64,000 nt of DNA from Eledone cirrhosa (GCA_964016885.1 OZ024746.1:48174001-48238000), one strand, 5' to 3'. Shown: positions 11,601 through 24,739, counted from the stretch's first letter. Notes: generated by a model not told the origin, from the sequence alone. Translations and numbers: made by a program.

Positions 11601-12906
11601 AATTAAGTGATGGTTGAATTCACATTAGAAATGCCAAAAATGTAAACAAAAGAGTTTATAAAAGACAGTGCATGTGTATGTGTGTGTATGTTTAATTGCA
11701 CCTATGTAAAAAAATGGCCGAGTTGCAGTCTCATACTGTGAATGATGAATTGCAGTCTCATACTGTGAAGAACCATTTCATATCCAATTGTGAGTGCATC
11801 ATTATATTTCCGTATAGTACACTTATTTCTACTTTCCTTAGTCTTACTCCCACCATCAGATGAAGTACAGATATAAACAAAGCAAAAATTACTGCATCAC
11901 TACCATCATGTCAAGATTGATGATATCACCCACTTCTCACTCCCATATAAAAATTTAAAGTAAGCACAACTAAAGTTTCAGAATTTGTGAAAGAATTAAT
12001 ACTCACACAAACACAATGTTTTGGGTTTTCATAAAAGACCTCCAAATTTGGTCTTGTGCATCAGTATATGACATATGTCCATCACAAAAAGAAATTGGTT
12101 ACTATTTCTAAGTCAAGTGGACTGAAGCCAATAATATGTCAATCCACAAAACATATTTATTTGCTACTTTCACTATTTTGAATAAATGTGCTTAACAAAT
12201 GGCCAGGTCAATATTTGTAGGTGTAGAGTATAGACAATTGAATCATCACCAGTTTCTTACTGGTGTTTATTTTTAGTACATGTGAAGCAATGAAAGACAA
12301 AGCTTGCCAGATATGAGCTGAAAAATATGTGTATTTTTGCATAGTCATAGTCATGTGGTAAGGATGTTTGATTTAGAACCACACGGTGTTGGGTTCAGTC
12401 TCATCGCAATCAATGCCTTGTGAGTAAATTTGGTAGACCAAAACCTGATGTAGCCAGCTAGAACTAAATTTTCTGTAGGCCTAGTTTAGCTTCCCACCCC
12501 TTTGTAGCCTTCTGTCTAAGATCAAAGTGTAGTTTAGTCTTTATTTACATGGGCCAAAGTGGATGTTACATCAAATGGAAGTTTTCTGTGGCAAGACTTT
12601 TGTTATTACTATCTCTTTTTCTTTACCGAAAACATATTTGGACAGTAAATTAAATGGAAGTTACTTATGATCCATTAAATATAGATTTCTTTCTTCATTT
12701 GATTGCAATTAATAAAGTGATTTAGTTTCATAAATTGATTCAATAATTACCACTATAAAAGTATAATGGTGAAAATATTATTGGATAGCAATTGGAACTG
12801 AGGTGCCAGGAGGTTGAAGAATCCTGGGGTCACAAAAGGAAAAATATGACCTAAGACTGAAAGCCTCTATGATAAATCTAATAAGTGAATTTAAGAACTA
12901 ATTTAA

Positions 12907-13114
12907 CCTTTTAGCATTTACATTACTCTATATTTTTGTAGCAACGGCTTTATCTTACATAATTATCACACATAATATCGAATCTGTGAGATCTTTATAT
13001 TATTTATTTTGAGAAGAATACCTTAACATCGGTATGAGGGGTCAGTTATGGCCAGCTTAAACAGAAAGAGGTGAGAGAATTCTGGCTGGTTACAGCTGGT
13101 TTAAATGCTAAAGG
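12907..13114 (+). mobile_element. MITE family A copy
   Basis: Homologous to 802-1007; TTAA at left end. Confidence 0.85.
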
Positions 13115-13878
13115 TGAAACAATTTTGTTTTTATTTTTGGCTCACAAATGCCAAATAGAAATAAAGTTTTAATGAGTTAATTAAAATGTATACATCTCTA
13201 AAAGTAAAAATCAATCAAGATATATTATACATATATATTTATAATTAGCAAACTGTTTTATTTTACTAATAATAGCCCAATTTTTTGTACTTGGCTCTGA
13301 TACTTTGCATCCATCTCAAGTACCCTTTAGAATATTCTTGGTAGTTTAATTACATATTATTGATTTCATACAAACGTAGATTTTTATTGCAGTCTCAATT
13401 CACATTTTTATCGGTTTGATTATCTTAAATTCTTCTAAATGATTACAGCTCACCACAGCAATCAAGTTTTTATGTTGATTCTCAAATATTTTATAGCAAG
13501 CCATCACTCAAAAGCCAAGAATATTTGGCCATTGGAAAGGGAAAATAGTTACAATATAACTCTGGAAAGAACAATATAACTCATTGACAGAACTAAAAAC
13601 AAAAGTTTAGGTAAGATTTAAAATGAGTGCAGGAAGTTAAGTAACCTCTCTGTTAGAGATCAATTCTGTTCCATGTACATAATAGACTGTTTTATTTAGT
13701 CAAGTTACAGTGAGGTCTTCTAATTCAATTTTCAAATTTCGGTTGCTATTTATTAAACATATACATACATAATCTCTCCCTTTCTCTCTCTCTATATATA
13801 TATATATAGATATACTTCTTTTTGAATTTGTTTTGCAAGATTTCTTATCTGAAAGCGTGTGTTGAAACAGATATTGTC

Positions 13879-14307
13879 ATACTTTGGGAGGGTCATGCTG
13901 CCATTAAAAAAAAAAACACACACACACACACCTGATGGTTTTCACTTCAATTTCTTATAAATTTCAGGTCGGGTGGTTGGTTCGATAACCAGATGGTTGT
14001 TCATATATTATCAAAGCTCTTTCGTCACACATTCTCTGAACTCCTCATGACTGGGTTTTTATTTTCTGTCTCTCCTTTGTTCTGTCCTACACCATCTTGT
14101 TTGGTGCAGGACAGAACAAAGGAGGAACAGAAAATGAAAACCCAGTCACAGAGTCGGGCACATAATGAGTGACGAAATGAGTGACGAAAAAGCTTTGACA
14201 ACCACCCAGTTATCGAACCAACCAACCAGCTGGAAATTTAGAATAAATTGAAGTGGAAACCATCAGGTGTATGTGTTTTTATTGGCAGCACGACCCTCCA
14301 AAAGTAT
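13879..14307. mobile_element. Foldback element (~215-bp imperfect arms, very small loop near 14095-14100) next to (TA)n
   Basis: e.g. ATACTTTGGGAGGGTCATGCTGCCA vs TGGCAGCACGACCCTCCAAAAGTAT; CTCCTTTGTTCTGTCCT vs AGGACAGAACAAAGGAG. Confidence 0.85.
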
Positions 14308-15110
14308 AATATATATGTGTGTGTGTACACACACACAAACACGTGTGTATAAAAAGCATTCACTTTCTATTCAAATTAAGCTGTAAAGTAGACACACAAA
14401 GAAAAAATAAATTAGGAAACAGAACTAAAATTAAAACTGAAACCTTAGTTATATATGAATATAGGCTTTCACTACACTTTCAGATTATAAGCTTTCAGTA
14501 AGCATTCACTCTTGTGCTTTAGCATGGAATTCTAAGAATTCTGGTGGAAAGATTCACCTTAACAGCATTACTATCTATCGTGTATACTTATTTAAGACAG
14601 GTGCTAAGCATTACAGAAATATAATCAGCACAAATAGCAAGGATATAAAAATATTGTCAGTTAGTGGCTTAGCACCAAAGTTGAAAGACACTGCAGTGCT
14701 TAGTTTTGAGCTCTGCCAGTGATTAGTTAGCCACTGAAGTTGTAGAGATATATATACACAGTATACAGAATGTAAAGATATATATATACACAGTGTACAG
14801 AATGAAGGGTGAAATTACTGAGAATATTCATTTCCTAATTAATATCTTGGTATCCATGTCTTAATCAAACAAATTTGTTTGCATACACACCTGCTTAAAC
14901 ATGCATTAAATAATGTAAATAAATGCATATATCAACATTAATGTATGTATCTGCACATGTATCTCACATGTGTGTATGAGTGTATATATATATATATATA
15001 TCATTATCATCACCAGTAATGCACTGGGTAATTGCTGGCCTTGTGCCCAAAGTAGAAACAATTATCATCATCACTGTTTAACGTCCATCATTTCCTCACA
15101 CTAACATGGG

Positions 15111-15140
<30 letters not shown>

Positions 15141-15142
<2 letters not shown>

Positions 15143-15531
15143 GATATTAATAAATGGAAACTATATTTTATAAAACCATATTATTTCATTATACATATTT
15201 CAGGGATACCAAATTAAAATATGGTATGCCTTCATCAGACAAAATACAATATATAAACAGTTTCATAAATAATTTTGACGTACCCTATTAGATGCAACCA
15301 TTATTTTTGGAAGCTGTCTGGATAGTGAAATGTTTATTATTTTATTAGTTATAGTGTTAAGCACAATTAGAAAAAGACGGAGAGAAAGAAAGAAAAGACA
15401 GAGAGAGAGAAGGAGAGAGAGAGAAGGACATTAATATCGTATATCTACTCCAAAAACTTGTCGAGTGCTTTATATCAGTTATAAAATATTTACTTGTTGT
15501 ATCCCAACAATTTTAAATAGAACTTTTGCAT
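15141..15531 (-). mobile_element. Second, longer member of the hammerhead-bearing (TA)n-flanked family
   Basis: Shares both ends with 5061-5317; different, longer interior. Confidence 0.7.
15177..15253 (-). ncRNA. Type I hammerhead ribozyme motif
   Basis: Minus: tatattgtattttgt-CTGATGA-aggcatacca...tggtatccct-GAAA-tatgta-TA-atgaaataatatg. Confidence 0.85.
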
Positions 15532-16083
15532 ATATATATATATATATATATTTAATACAATAACAGAGAAAGCTTTAAGCTAAACTCTGACTGGTAACCA
15601 TCTCACTCAACAAACATTAGGGTATACGTTAGTATAATCCTAATTTTGTGTTTGGGTGCTAACTATATGTATTTTGTGGAAAGCCAGTTGTATTATTTCA
15701 TATGAGATATAATTAAAATTAAAATATATCTCTCTTTCCAAACAATTGTTTCATTATAAGTTTTCTACAAGTTGGGAGAATGTTTCCAGTTTATGTAGAA
15801 GCCTAACATATTTTTCTGTAAGAATATATGTAGGTGGGCACTTATAAATCATCAGTGGATGCCCATATATATATATATATATATACATACACACACTTGT
15901 GAGATATATGTGCAGATATGTATATATATATATTATTATGTATCCCACCAGTGTGTGTGTATGTTAATGTTACTCCTTCTTTATATCCCATAACTTAGCA
16001 GTTTGAAAAGAAAATGATTGGTAAAATAAATATCAGACTTGAAAAAAAAAAATACATACTGTGATCGATATGGTTCACTAAAT

Positions 16084-16301
16084 CCCTTTAACATTTAAAC
16101 TGGCCACATCCGGCCAGAATTCTCTCACCTCTTTCTGTTAAAACCAGCCATAACTAGCCCCTCCTACTGACTTAAAGATATTATTCTCAAAATAGATAAT
16201 ATCAAAATCTTATAGTTTCGATATTATGTGAGATAATTATATGAGGTAAAGCCTTTACCGTGAAACTAAAATATATACAGAGTAATGTAAATGTTAAAGA
16301 G
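16084..16301 (-). mobile_element. MITE family A copy
   Basis: Reverse-complement homology to 802-1007. Confidence 0.85.
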
Positions 16302-16334
16302 TTAAGATAGAGCCCCAGTATGGCCACAGTTTAA

Positions 16335-16536
16335 TCCTTTAGCATTTACATTACACTATATTTGCTATTGTATTTTCACAGTAAAGGCTTTATCTCGCAT
16401 ACTATCGAATCTATGAGATTTTAATATTATTTATCTTGTAAACAATACCTTAACATCAGTATGAGCTGCCGGTTACAGCCAGTTTGAACAGCAAGAGGTG
16501 AGAGAGTTCTGGCCAGATATGACCGGTTTAAATGCT
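16335..16536 (+). mobile_element. MITE family A copy, right TIR truncated
   Basis: Homology to 802-1007; stops at ...TAAATGCT. Confidence 0.85.
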
Positions 16537-16705
16537 TTCCTCCCACTTTTACAAAAGTGCCAGAGAGCATGAAAAGAATTATGGGTGCTCTCCTTTCCTC
16601 TCTGACTAAACAAAAAAAATATTATAAACGTTTGTATATGTATAATAAAGCCAAAACAATGCAGGTATGGACATAGAATAAAGAATGCAAATGCAAAAGA
16701 TATTG

Positions 16706-16793
16706 TTGACAATTTGTCTTTTACCTTAGATTTATTTAAATGTCCTAAATTTTCGAGATAATATCTCTTCTTCAGAGGGAATAAAGTTGTCAA
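16706..16793 (-). ncRNA. Hammerhead ribozyme motif in Penelope pLTR (left arm)
   Basis: Inverted copy of 18281-18368. Confidence 0.6.
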
Positions 16794-17103
16794 ACCAGTT
16801 GTCTGAAAGGCTTGCCAAGTCATGCTGACAGGAAATGGTATAGAGTATCTGTTCTATCTCTAATTTCAAAGAGTTAAGATTAGGTGGATAAAGAGTAGTC
16901 TCCCTTTAAGAGGGGGTTTGTTTTTGTTTATGTTTTTTTTTTTTGTACATGCCTGTTTAAGTGTGTGGGAGAATGCATGAAGGTGTAAGTATGTGAGTGT
17001 GTGTGAGAAGATATGTCTATACGTAAATGTGGGGGATAGATGTTATCTCGTGTTAGAACAGGTTTAGTGTGTGTATGTGTGAGAGAGAATAAGTGGAGGT
17101 GTA

Positions 17104-17152
<49 letters not shown>

Positions 17153-17201
17153 ATGCGTGCGTGCGTGTGGGGTGTGTGTAAATATGGGGCTAGGAGCTCT
17201 A

Positions 17202-17775
17202 TCAAGTTATAAATTGGGTGTTGAGTTCTAGTCTATTATTAATTGGTGGTTGTGTTTTGTCTATAATTAGTGCTTCCTTAATTCTAAGATTGCTGAGGTT
17301 TCTTTCCTTAGTTTCTATCCTAACTGTTATGGTTTTGTCGGTGTTTTTGCATTTAACTAGGTGTTTCTTAAATGAGGAAGCGTTAGTATTGAGGTGTTCT
17401 TTTATTCTTATGTGGAGTGGTCTGGTGGTGCTACCTACGTAGAAGTTGTTGCATTTGTCACACTCTAGTCTGTATACGACGTAAGCCTGGTGGCATTGGT
17501 CTGTGTCATTGATGGGGCAGTTGGCTAGTCTGCAGCAGTTGTCATGTCTGGTGGAGTGTCTTTTGGTTAGCTGACCGCGTAGAGAAGGACCTGAGTGGGC
17601 CAGTTGGATATCTAGTCCATCTCGTCTGATAGCTCTGCGGATGGCTGTTGTTGTTTCTTCACTGAAGTGTGGGAGCTTCAGGAAGCAAGTGTTAGTGCCT
17701 CGGGTGTGGTGTCCTCTGTTCTTTCTAGCACGGTTTGTGGTGGATGTCGTGTATCCGTTCAGTTTGAGTACTTCC
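17202..17775 (-). pseudogene. C-terminal ~190 aa of a Penelope-like ORF: Cys-rich linker plus GIY-YIG endonuclease
   Basis: YVVYRLECDKCNNFYVGSTTRPLHIRIKEH ... EALII ... PPINNR; uninterrupted frame but RT missing; the first 35 aa of the track ORF come from the inverted arm. Confidence 0.9.
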
Positions 17776-18280
17776 AGGATAGAAACTAAGGAAAGAAACC
17801 TCGGCAATCTTAGAATTAAGGAAGCACTAATTATAGAGAAAACACAACCACCAATTAATAATAGACTAGAACTCAACACCCAATTTATAACTTGATAGAG
17901 CTCCTAGCCCCATATTTACACACACCCCACACGCACACATGCACGCACATACACACACACACACGCTTATACCTCCACTTATTCTCTATCACACATACAC
18001 ACACTAAACCTGTTCTAACACGAGATAACATCTATCCCCCACATTTACGTATAGACATATCTTCTCACACTCATACACACACACTCACACCTTCATGCAT
18101 TCTCCCACACACTTAAACAGGCATGTACAAAACAAAAACAAAAAAACAAAAAAACAAACCCCTCTTAAAGGGAGACTACTCTTTATCCACCTAATCTTAA
18201 CTCTTTGAAATTAGAGATAGAACAGATACTCTATACCATTTCCTGTCAGCATGACTTTGCAAGCCTTTTAGAACACTGGT

Positions 18281-18368
18281 TTGACAACTTTATTCCCTCT
18301 GAAGAAGAGATATTATCTCGAAAATTTAGGACATTTAAATAAATCTAAGGTAAAAGACAAATTGTCAA
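18281..18368 (+). ncRNA. Hammerhead ribozyme motif in Penelope pLTR (right arm)
   Basis: ttgacaacttt...t-CTGAAGA-a-gagat att atctc-GAAA-atttagg...tctaag-GTA-aaagac aaattgtcaa; proximal stem I and one stem III pair imperfect. Confidence 0.6.
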
Positions 18369-20514
18369 CAATATCTTTTGCATTTGCATTCTTTATTCTA
18401 TGTCCATACCTGCATTGTTTTGGCTTTATTATACATATACAAATGTTTATACCTCATTACACAATGCTTCAAGTGAACTATAACCTCCTCCAAAAAAAAT
18501 ATTATTTAAAAACTACTTAAATGTTTTTTTTTTTTGTTCTTATTTTATGTTTCCATCATTGCTGAACAAAGAAAATTTCCTATTTCACTGGCTAGCTCTT
18601 CTCTTCCTATAAACTTTTTTTTCCTAAAAGGAAAGTCAAGAGCTACCAACCCAATTACTAATTTATATTACACATGAAAAGATTGGTAGCAATGTGTTCA
18701 ATGAACCATGTTAATGAGCACAGGGTTCATGAAACCAATTCACTAAAGATTTTTGGATCTTTAATTGAAAGACACTAAATGGAATGCTATTTCAAGCTCA
18801 GATAGTGGCTTGGAGATGATGATGATGATATGGATGTCTGAGGGGTGATTAAAAAAAAAAAGGAGGTTATAGAATTGATAACTCCCACCAAAGAACAAAG
18901 AGGTGGCAGCAATTATGAAAGAAAAAAAAAGATCAGTGATGGAAACAAAGATAAGATTATTAGCATTATTATTATTATCATCATCATCATTATCAATAGT
19001 ATGATTGAACAGATGAAAAACATCATCATTGCCAGGTTCATGGCTTTGACTGAAATGACATAATGGGATATAAAAATAATGACAATTATTGATAAATAAT
19101 AATGAGAATGATGGTTTGATAATGCAGATTATAAACTTTAAAAAATGTTTATTGCCAAGGTATTGTAGCTTCAAAAAGCTGAAGCTACTGATAAATGTAT
19201 TAATAATAACAATTCTCTGAAGAACCAAATCAAATCAAAGTCGTAGAGAGGTATAATATTAAACAGTAAATAAATGAACATTTTCTCAATATGAAACATA
19301 TTTCATGAATTCATTTTCAAGATATTGTGAATGGTAATGGATTCAAGATTTTTTTCAGTTTGAAACTTACATTAAAAAGCTTTTAAATAAAGTTTCTACA
19401 TTTCTACTACACACAAGAGAAATAAAGAGAATAGAAGAATATTACCATCATTTCTGATTTAGAATGTATATGTTGTGTTCTAGAATTCTGATGATACATA
19501 GTTATTACTATCAAATTCATTTGAGCCACTTAATTAGCAAAATTGCAGTGATTTAGTAGTGTTATTGACAGCATCAGATTAAATGCCTTGTGATATTTGT
19601 CCCAGCTTGCTGCCCAGTGAGCTTAAATCTAGTGGATGTCAACTTTGCCTGTACACCTTTTAAGACTTGATAAATATAGCACTCATCGAGAGTAGTAGAT
19701 TAGCAGAATTATTAGAATGTCAGATGGGATTCGTTGCAGTATACGTTCTAGCTATGTGTAATCAGAGTTCAAATTTCACTTCCTGTTACTGAAAAAGCAG
19801 GCATGTCTTTGATTACAGGCCTCCTTTATTTTGGTTTTGACTGTCTAGATAGCCTTATCTTCAGTGGATTGGCTATCAAATGACACGGAATCACTAGAGG
19901 ACACCATATATATCCTGTAAAGAGTGGTGGATTGGTAGAATTTGTAAAATGGTGAACAAAATATTTTGTGGCGTTTATATGTATACCCTTAAATTCTGAT
20001 TTATAATTGTGTTGAGGTCAATTTTGTCTTCCATTCTTACATGGCTGATAAAATATAGTACCAGTCAAGTACTGGGGTTAATATAATCGGTTATATGTTC
20101 ATTAGAGACATTGTGCCTATATAAGACATCAATATATATTTACCTTAATAACTTTATTAGACAAGGTTATAATTGCTGAAAACCTATATGCTTCCAATAT
20201 CATGTCTACAACATTGACCTATTGAAAAGTGTTTCCTGGGCTGTGGCCTTATATATTTTTTCTTTGATGTAAAGCCGGATTTTCTGCTGACTGATTACTT
20301 GTTGTACACAGTCGATCACCTGATTAGCTTGCCCCACACATTCTGTATCTAATTTCCTTGACTAATCCATCATTGGAAATTATGCTGCCAAGATATTTTG
20401 GAGTTACGCATTTCAATGCATATAGATTGTGCTGGAATATTTGCTGATGGTACTCACTGTCAACTGTATTTCCAATTTCTATAGACTCATAAATAAGGTA
20501 AAATGATCGATATA

Positions 20515-20870
20515 TGCAGGAATGGATGTGTGGTTAAGAAGGTCACTTCACAACCATGTGGTTTGGGATTTAGTTCCATTGAATGACACTTTGAGCAAGC
20601 CTCTTCTAATGCAGTCTCAGGTTAACCAATGTCATGTGAGTGAAATTTGGTAGATGGAAAATAAATGAAAGCCCATCATATATATATACATGCGTGTATT
20701 TGTGTTTATGATTGTTTGTTTATGTCCTGTAACTTGGTAGTCTGACAAAAAGAAATCGATAAAATATGAACCAGACCTGAAAACATAAGTATAAGTGTTG
20801 ATATGATCAATAAAATCCTTGAGATGATGCCCCACATAGCCACAATCTATTGACTGAAACAAGTAAAAGA
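20515..20870 (+). mobile_element. Degenerate tRNA-derived SINE of another family (related pieces near 9935-10320, 12350-12440)
   Basis: GTGTGGTTAAGAAG tRNA-like head, CTTTGAGCAAG core-like motif, AACCAATG..TGTGAGTGAAATTTGGTAGA shared among copies. Confidence 0.55.
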
Positions 20871-20872
20871 AT

Positions 20873-21080
20873 AATAATAATGGTTTCTGATTTAGGCACA
20901 AGGTCAACAATTTGGGGGAGGGGAAAGTCGATTAAATTGAACATAGTACGTTACTGGTACTTTATTTTATCAACCTCATATGGATGAAAGGCAAAGCTAA
21001 CCTTGGTGGGATTTGAACTCAGAATGTAAAGAGCCATAACTATATGCCACAAAGCATGTTCACTGATGCTCTACCGATAC
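20873..21080 (-). mobile_element. SINE S1 copy
   Basis: Reverse complement of B-box and core motif. Confidence 0.8.
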
Positions 21081-22659
21081 TATTTACTTTCTTTCTCTCT
21101 CCCTCACACACACACACACTTCCAGAGCTACAGATGTAATTCTTTTCATATAACTAGGTATAGAAAATGTAGACCTAAGACAAGCTTTTGACCAAACAGA
21201 CCCTATAACCTGTTTCCAATTCTGACCTAAAATTCAAAAACTCCCATGCCCACATCTGGTACAAGAAGAAATCACTGAATACACTATATATCTTTCTGTT
21301 CACATGTGTGGTTAATGAATGAAAGCAATTATTATCATAATGAAATAAACAGAAACAACTGTATTAATCAAATGCCATATGTTTAACTTAATTATTCTCT
21401 CTATAAATAGTCAGATGGACATCCTCTGGATACTGGTAACAAGTGCATCAGTTGCTTAATCAATGGGACAGCATGTAAGTGGCTGAGTATTCTATAGACA
21501 TTCCTTAATGTAATTGACAGGGAGATTCAGTGTGTGACAAGGTCAGCCTTTTGAATTACAGATACAGTACATTCAATGAGCTTCTAAACAGTTTGACCAA
21601 GGCTTGGTTAACCTGAGGCTATGATAAACACACCTGTTTAAGATTACTTGTATGTATAGGCTCATAACTTGCGATGGAACCATAGAGGCACTGCAGTGTC
21701 ACATGCGTCTTGAATATTTAAACTTGGCAGAGTCCATCCCACTCCATGTCTGAAAACAGCCAGTTTCAGAGAGAGTATATAGATGAAGAATCAGCTTAGC
21801 ATTTGATTGGTATTCTTTTCTTTTTTTTTTATCGACCTCGAAAGGTTGGTGAGGTTTCAACTCTGAGTGCAGAGAGCCATAACGAATACTGCAAATCATT
21901 CTATCCAATGTTCCAATGACTGTGTCAAGTTGTTGCTTAATATATTACATAATGGGATCAAACCCCAAACCTAATGATCAGGAAGAAAATTTCTTAACCA
22001 TTCTGCCTTGCCTGCATCCATTACGAATAGCATAGTAAATGTGAATGGATAAAAATATGCACAATCTATATACACTCTCTAGTGTGTATGTGAGAGAGAG
22101 GGGGAGAGAGATATTCAAAATGTACAATGTGTATTACTGTCATTTTCATAACTGAGCATCAATGCCATTCATGTCCATTGGGCTAATAATGGCTTCTTGA
22201 ATGGTTTGCCCTTTTAGTTCTACAGAACATTCATTAGACATTCTAAATGATCAGCACGGAATCACGTGTGTTTTTAAGGTAATGTAATAGCTACTATTAA
22301 GATTTTCAATAACAAACAAAAAATAAAAATAGAGTCTGCTATTTTCACCCTCCTACACACATGCACACAGACCCTCAAACATGCAAAAGTACATTGTCAG
22401 TGTCATATTAATACAAAGAGTATGGTTCTTCAGATTAAAGTAATTATGAAATGCAGTAAACACTGTGGTTGTGCCATTGATACTTTGATAGAGGAATATT
22501 TAGTAACACACTTAGAGTGATTAGTATATTGCAGAATTTAAACTGATTGTAGTTGTTCTTTAAAAGCCTGTTGTTATGGTGCTCTAAGTTAAGGTAACAC
22601 CATGGTAACCAGTGTGTTATACTATCTTTGGCAACATGGCAGAATCAGATATAGTAAAA

Positions 22660-23205
22660 ATGGTGGTGATGCTGGAAATGGTGATGGTGGTGGTGCAAAT
22701 GGTAGTGGTGACAGTGTTGGTGATAGTGGTGGTGACACAGCTGATGGTGGTAATGGTGGAGATGGAGGTGATACTGGAGATGGAGGTGATGGTGGTGCAT
22801 GTGGTAGTGCTGGTGATAGTGGTGGTGACACTGGTGATGGTAGTGCAGGTGGTGATGGTGATGGTAATGGTGATGTTGAAAGTGATGGTAGTGATCAGGT
22901 TGATGCTGGTTGTGATAATGGTGGTGACACTGGTGATAATGGTAGTAGTGCAGGTAGTGGTGGTGGTGATGATAGTAGTGATGATGATGATCATGATGCT
23001 GGTGGAGACAGTGGTGGTGATGGTGGTAGTGTTGATGGTGATCATGATGCTGGTGGTGACAATGGTGGAGATGGTGGTAGTACAGGTAGTGTTGGCGATG
23101 ATAGTAGTGATGTTGATGCTGGTGGTGACACTGGTAGAAATGGTGTTGATGATGATGCTGATGATGATAGTGGTGGAAATGCAGGTGATGGTGGTGATGA
23201 TAGTT
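22660..23205. repeat. Degenerate (GGT/GAT)n trinucleotide low-complexity tract
   Basis: Open in several frames on both strands because of composition. Confidence 0.85.
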
Positions 23206-23599
23206 GAGATAGATGGCTGATATAAGAGCTGATTGATGCTGTTGTTATAAATTGACTCACTTAATAGTAGGGTATCATCCAAACATTAGGAATTTTGTTT
23301 TAGCTTTTCTAGCATTTTATTTCAAATATATCATAGATAGATTGATATTTCTATAATATGGATTTAATATAGAGCCTTAAAGAAAAGCAAAACCAACAAA
23401 ATAAAAAAACACAAATGTACCCCACCTCCCCAACTAATATGCACATAAAGGAAGAACCTCAATTATAGTTAAATAGCTGCTTCTAAGAGCAAGAATCAAT
23501 ACAATCACAAGTATTACAGTGTTGGCACGGCAACAGCTTGTTCAGTCAATACACCTGCCAATCTATCAGGCACAGCCAATTTCCTCATGGAGGCTGTGA

Positions 23600-23855
23600 T
23601 ATATATATATACACACACACAAACACATATATATATATACAAACACACACATATATATAGACACACACACAAATATACATATATATATTCATATATGCAT
23701 ATTTATATATACATATATATATACACACACTTATATACATATATATATACACACATATACATACACACATATATACACACACATATATATATACACATAC
23801 ATATACTCATATACATGTTTGTATGTGTGTGTGTATCAGTTTGTATGTGTGTGTA
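23600..23855. repeat. TA/CA compound microsatellite
   Basis: Direct inspection. Confidence 0.9.
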
Positions 23856-24290
23856 TCATCATCATCATTTAATGTCTGCTTTCCCTACTAGCAAGGATTG
23901 GATGGGTCTACATAGACCAAGTCAATACTGATGATGGGATACTGACCTCACAGACTGGCTGAGGGATTTGTATCCCACTTACGTACAGTCATATCAAGTG
24001 CACAGTTGAAGCTGTTTTTTGACACAAACTGAAGGGTCCTCCTGACCCCCTGTTTGGCAAGCTTTCTACAGCTGGATGCCCTTATCACCAATCACTTTAT
24101 AGCATGTACTGGATGAATTTATTGTGTAGATCACCCACACTAGAGAGGTTTTCTGTTTTTGACACAACTAAAGGGACCTCTCAAATCTTTTAGGCATGGT
24201 TTCTACTGCAACGTGCTCTTCCTGTCACCAACCACCCTTACAGCATGTACCAGGTGCATTTCTGTGGCACCATCATTAGAGACGTTCTTG
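23856..24290 (-). mobile_element. Degenerate RTE-3'UTR-related repeat (similar at 37615-37930, 43385-43600, 55320-55530)
   Basis: (CAT)n start followed by TTTAATGTC..., and the TTTCTACAGCTGGATGCCCTT motif shared with the RTE 3' UTR at 5740-5765. Confidence 0.6.
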
Positions 24291-24739
24291 GTCTTAGACC
24301 CAACTGTAGAGCCCTCTCAGCTCTGCAAAGGGGGGAAATAGGGGAGGGAGATTGGTATGAAGTTATATATATATGTATATTTTTAAATATTAATATTATT
24401 TATATAATATTTCGTATTTTATCTTTTTTGTTTCTGTTGTCCTATTTCCTCCTCTTATGTTGTGTGAACCATGTAGATGTAGACAAAGCAAGTAATTATC
24501 ACTTGTCAAATGTGTCATGTATAATGGGGCCTCAAAAAAGGAATAGAATATAGTGAAAGCATTAACACCATCAAATTTTGATTGAAATTCAAAGTTCTGA
24601 CTAGTTTATAATTACTAAGTAATCCATCATGTTCACAATGTTGACAGTAAGTATTTTTTGCTGAAAATATTAATGATTTGAGCTGTACGGAAAAATAGGT
24701 TGGTCATGGATGGGAAGCCTTTCATTCTAGATTTGCTTA

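Larger units (their letters stand above)
16623..18451 (-). mobile_element. Penelope-like retroelement, 5'-truncated, with an inverted copy of its 3' end/pLTR
   Basis: Arms 16623-17321 and 17776-18451 are near-identical inverted repeats around a 454-bp spacer; GIY-YIG ORF; hammerhead motif in each arm. Confidence 0.9.

Noticed and set aside
13846-13882. tat-CTGAAAG...GAAA-cagatattg-TC-ata hammerhead-like string
   Set aside because: Core lacks G8 and stem I is only 3 bp
16473-18520. Duplicated ORFs 16473-16823/18281-18520 and 17218-17442/17641-17895
   Set aside because: Artefacts of the inverted arms and antisense frames of the Penelope element
22602-23282. 201-aa Gly/Asp-rich ORF and overlapping Val/Met- and Thr/Ile-rich ORFs
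   Set aside because: Degenerate GGT/GAT repeat open in most frames; no evidence favouring one frame
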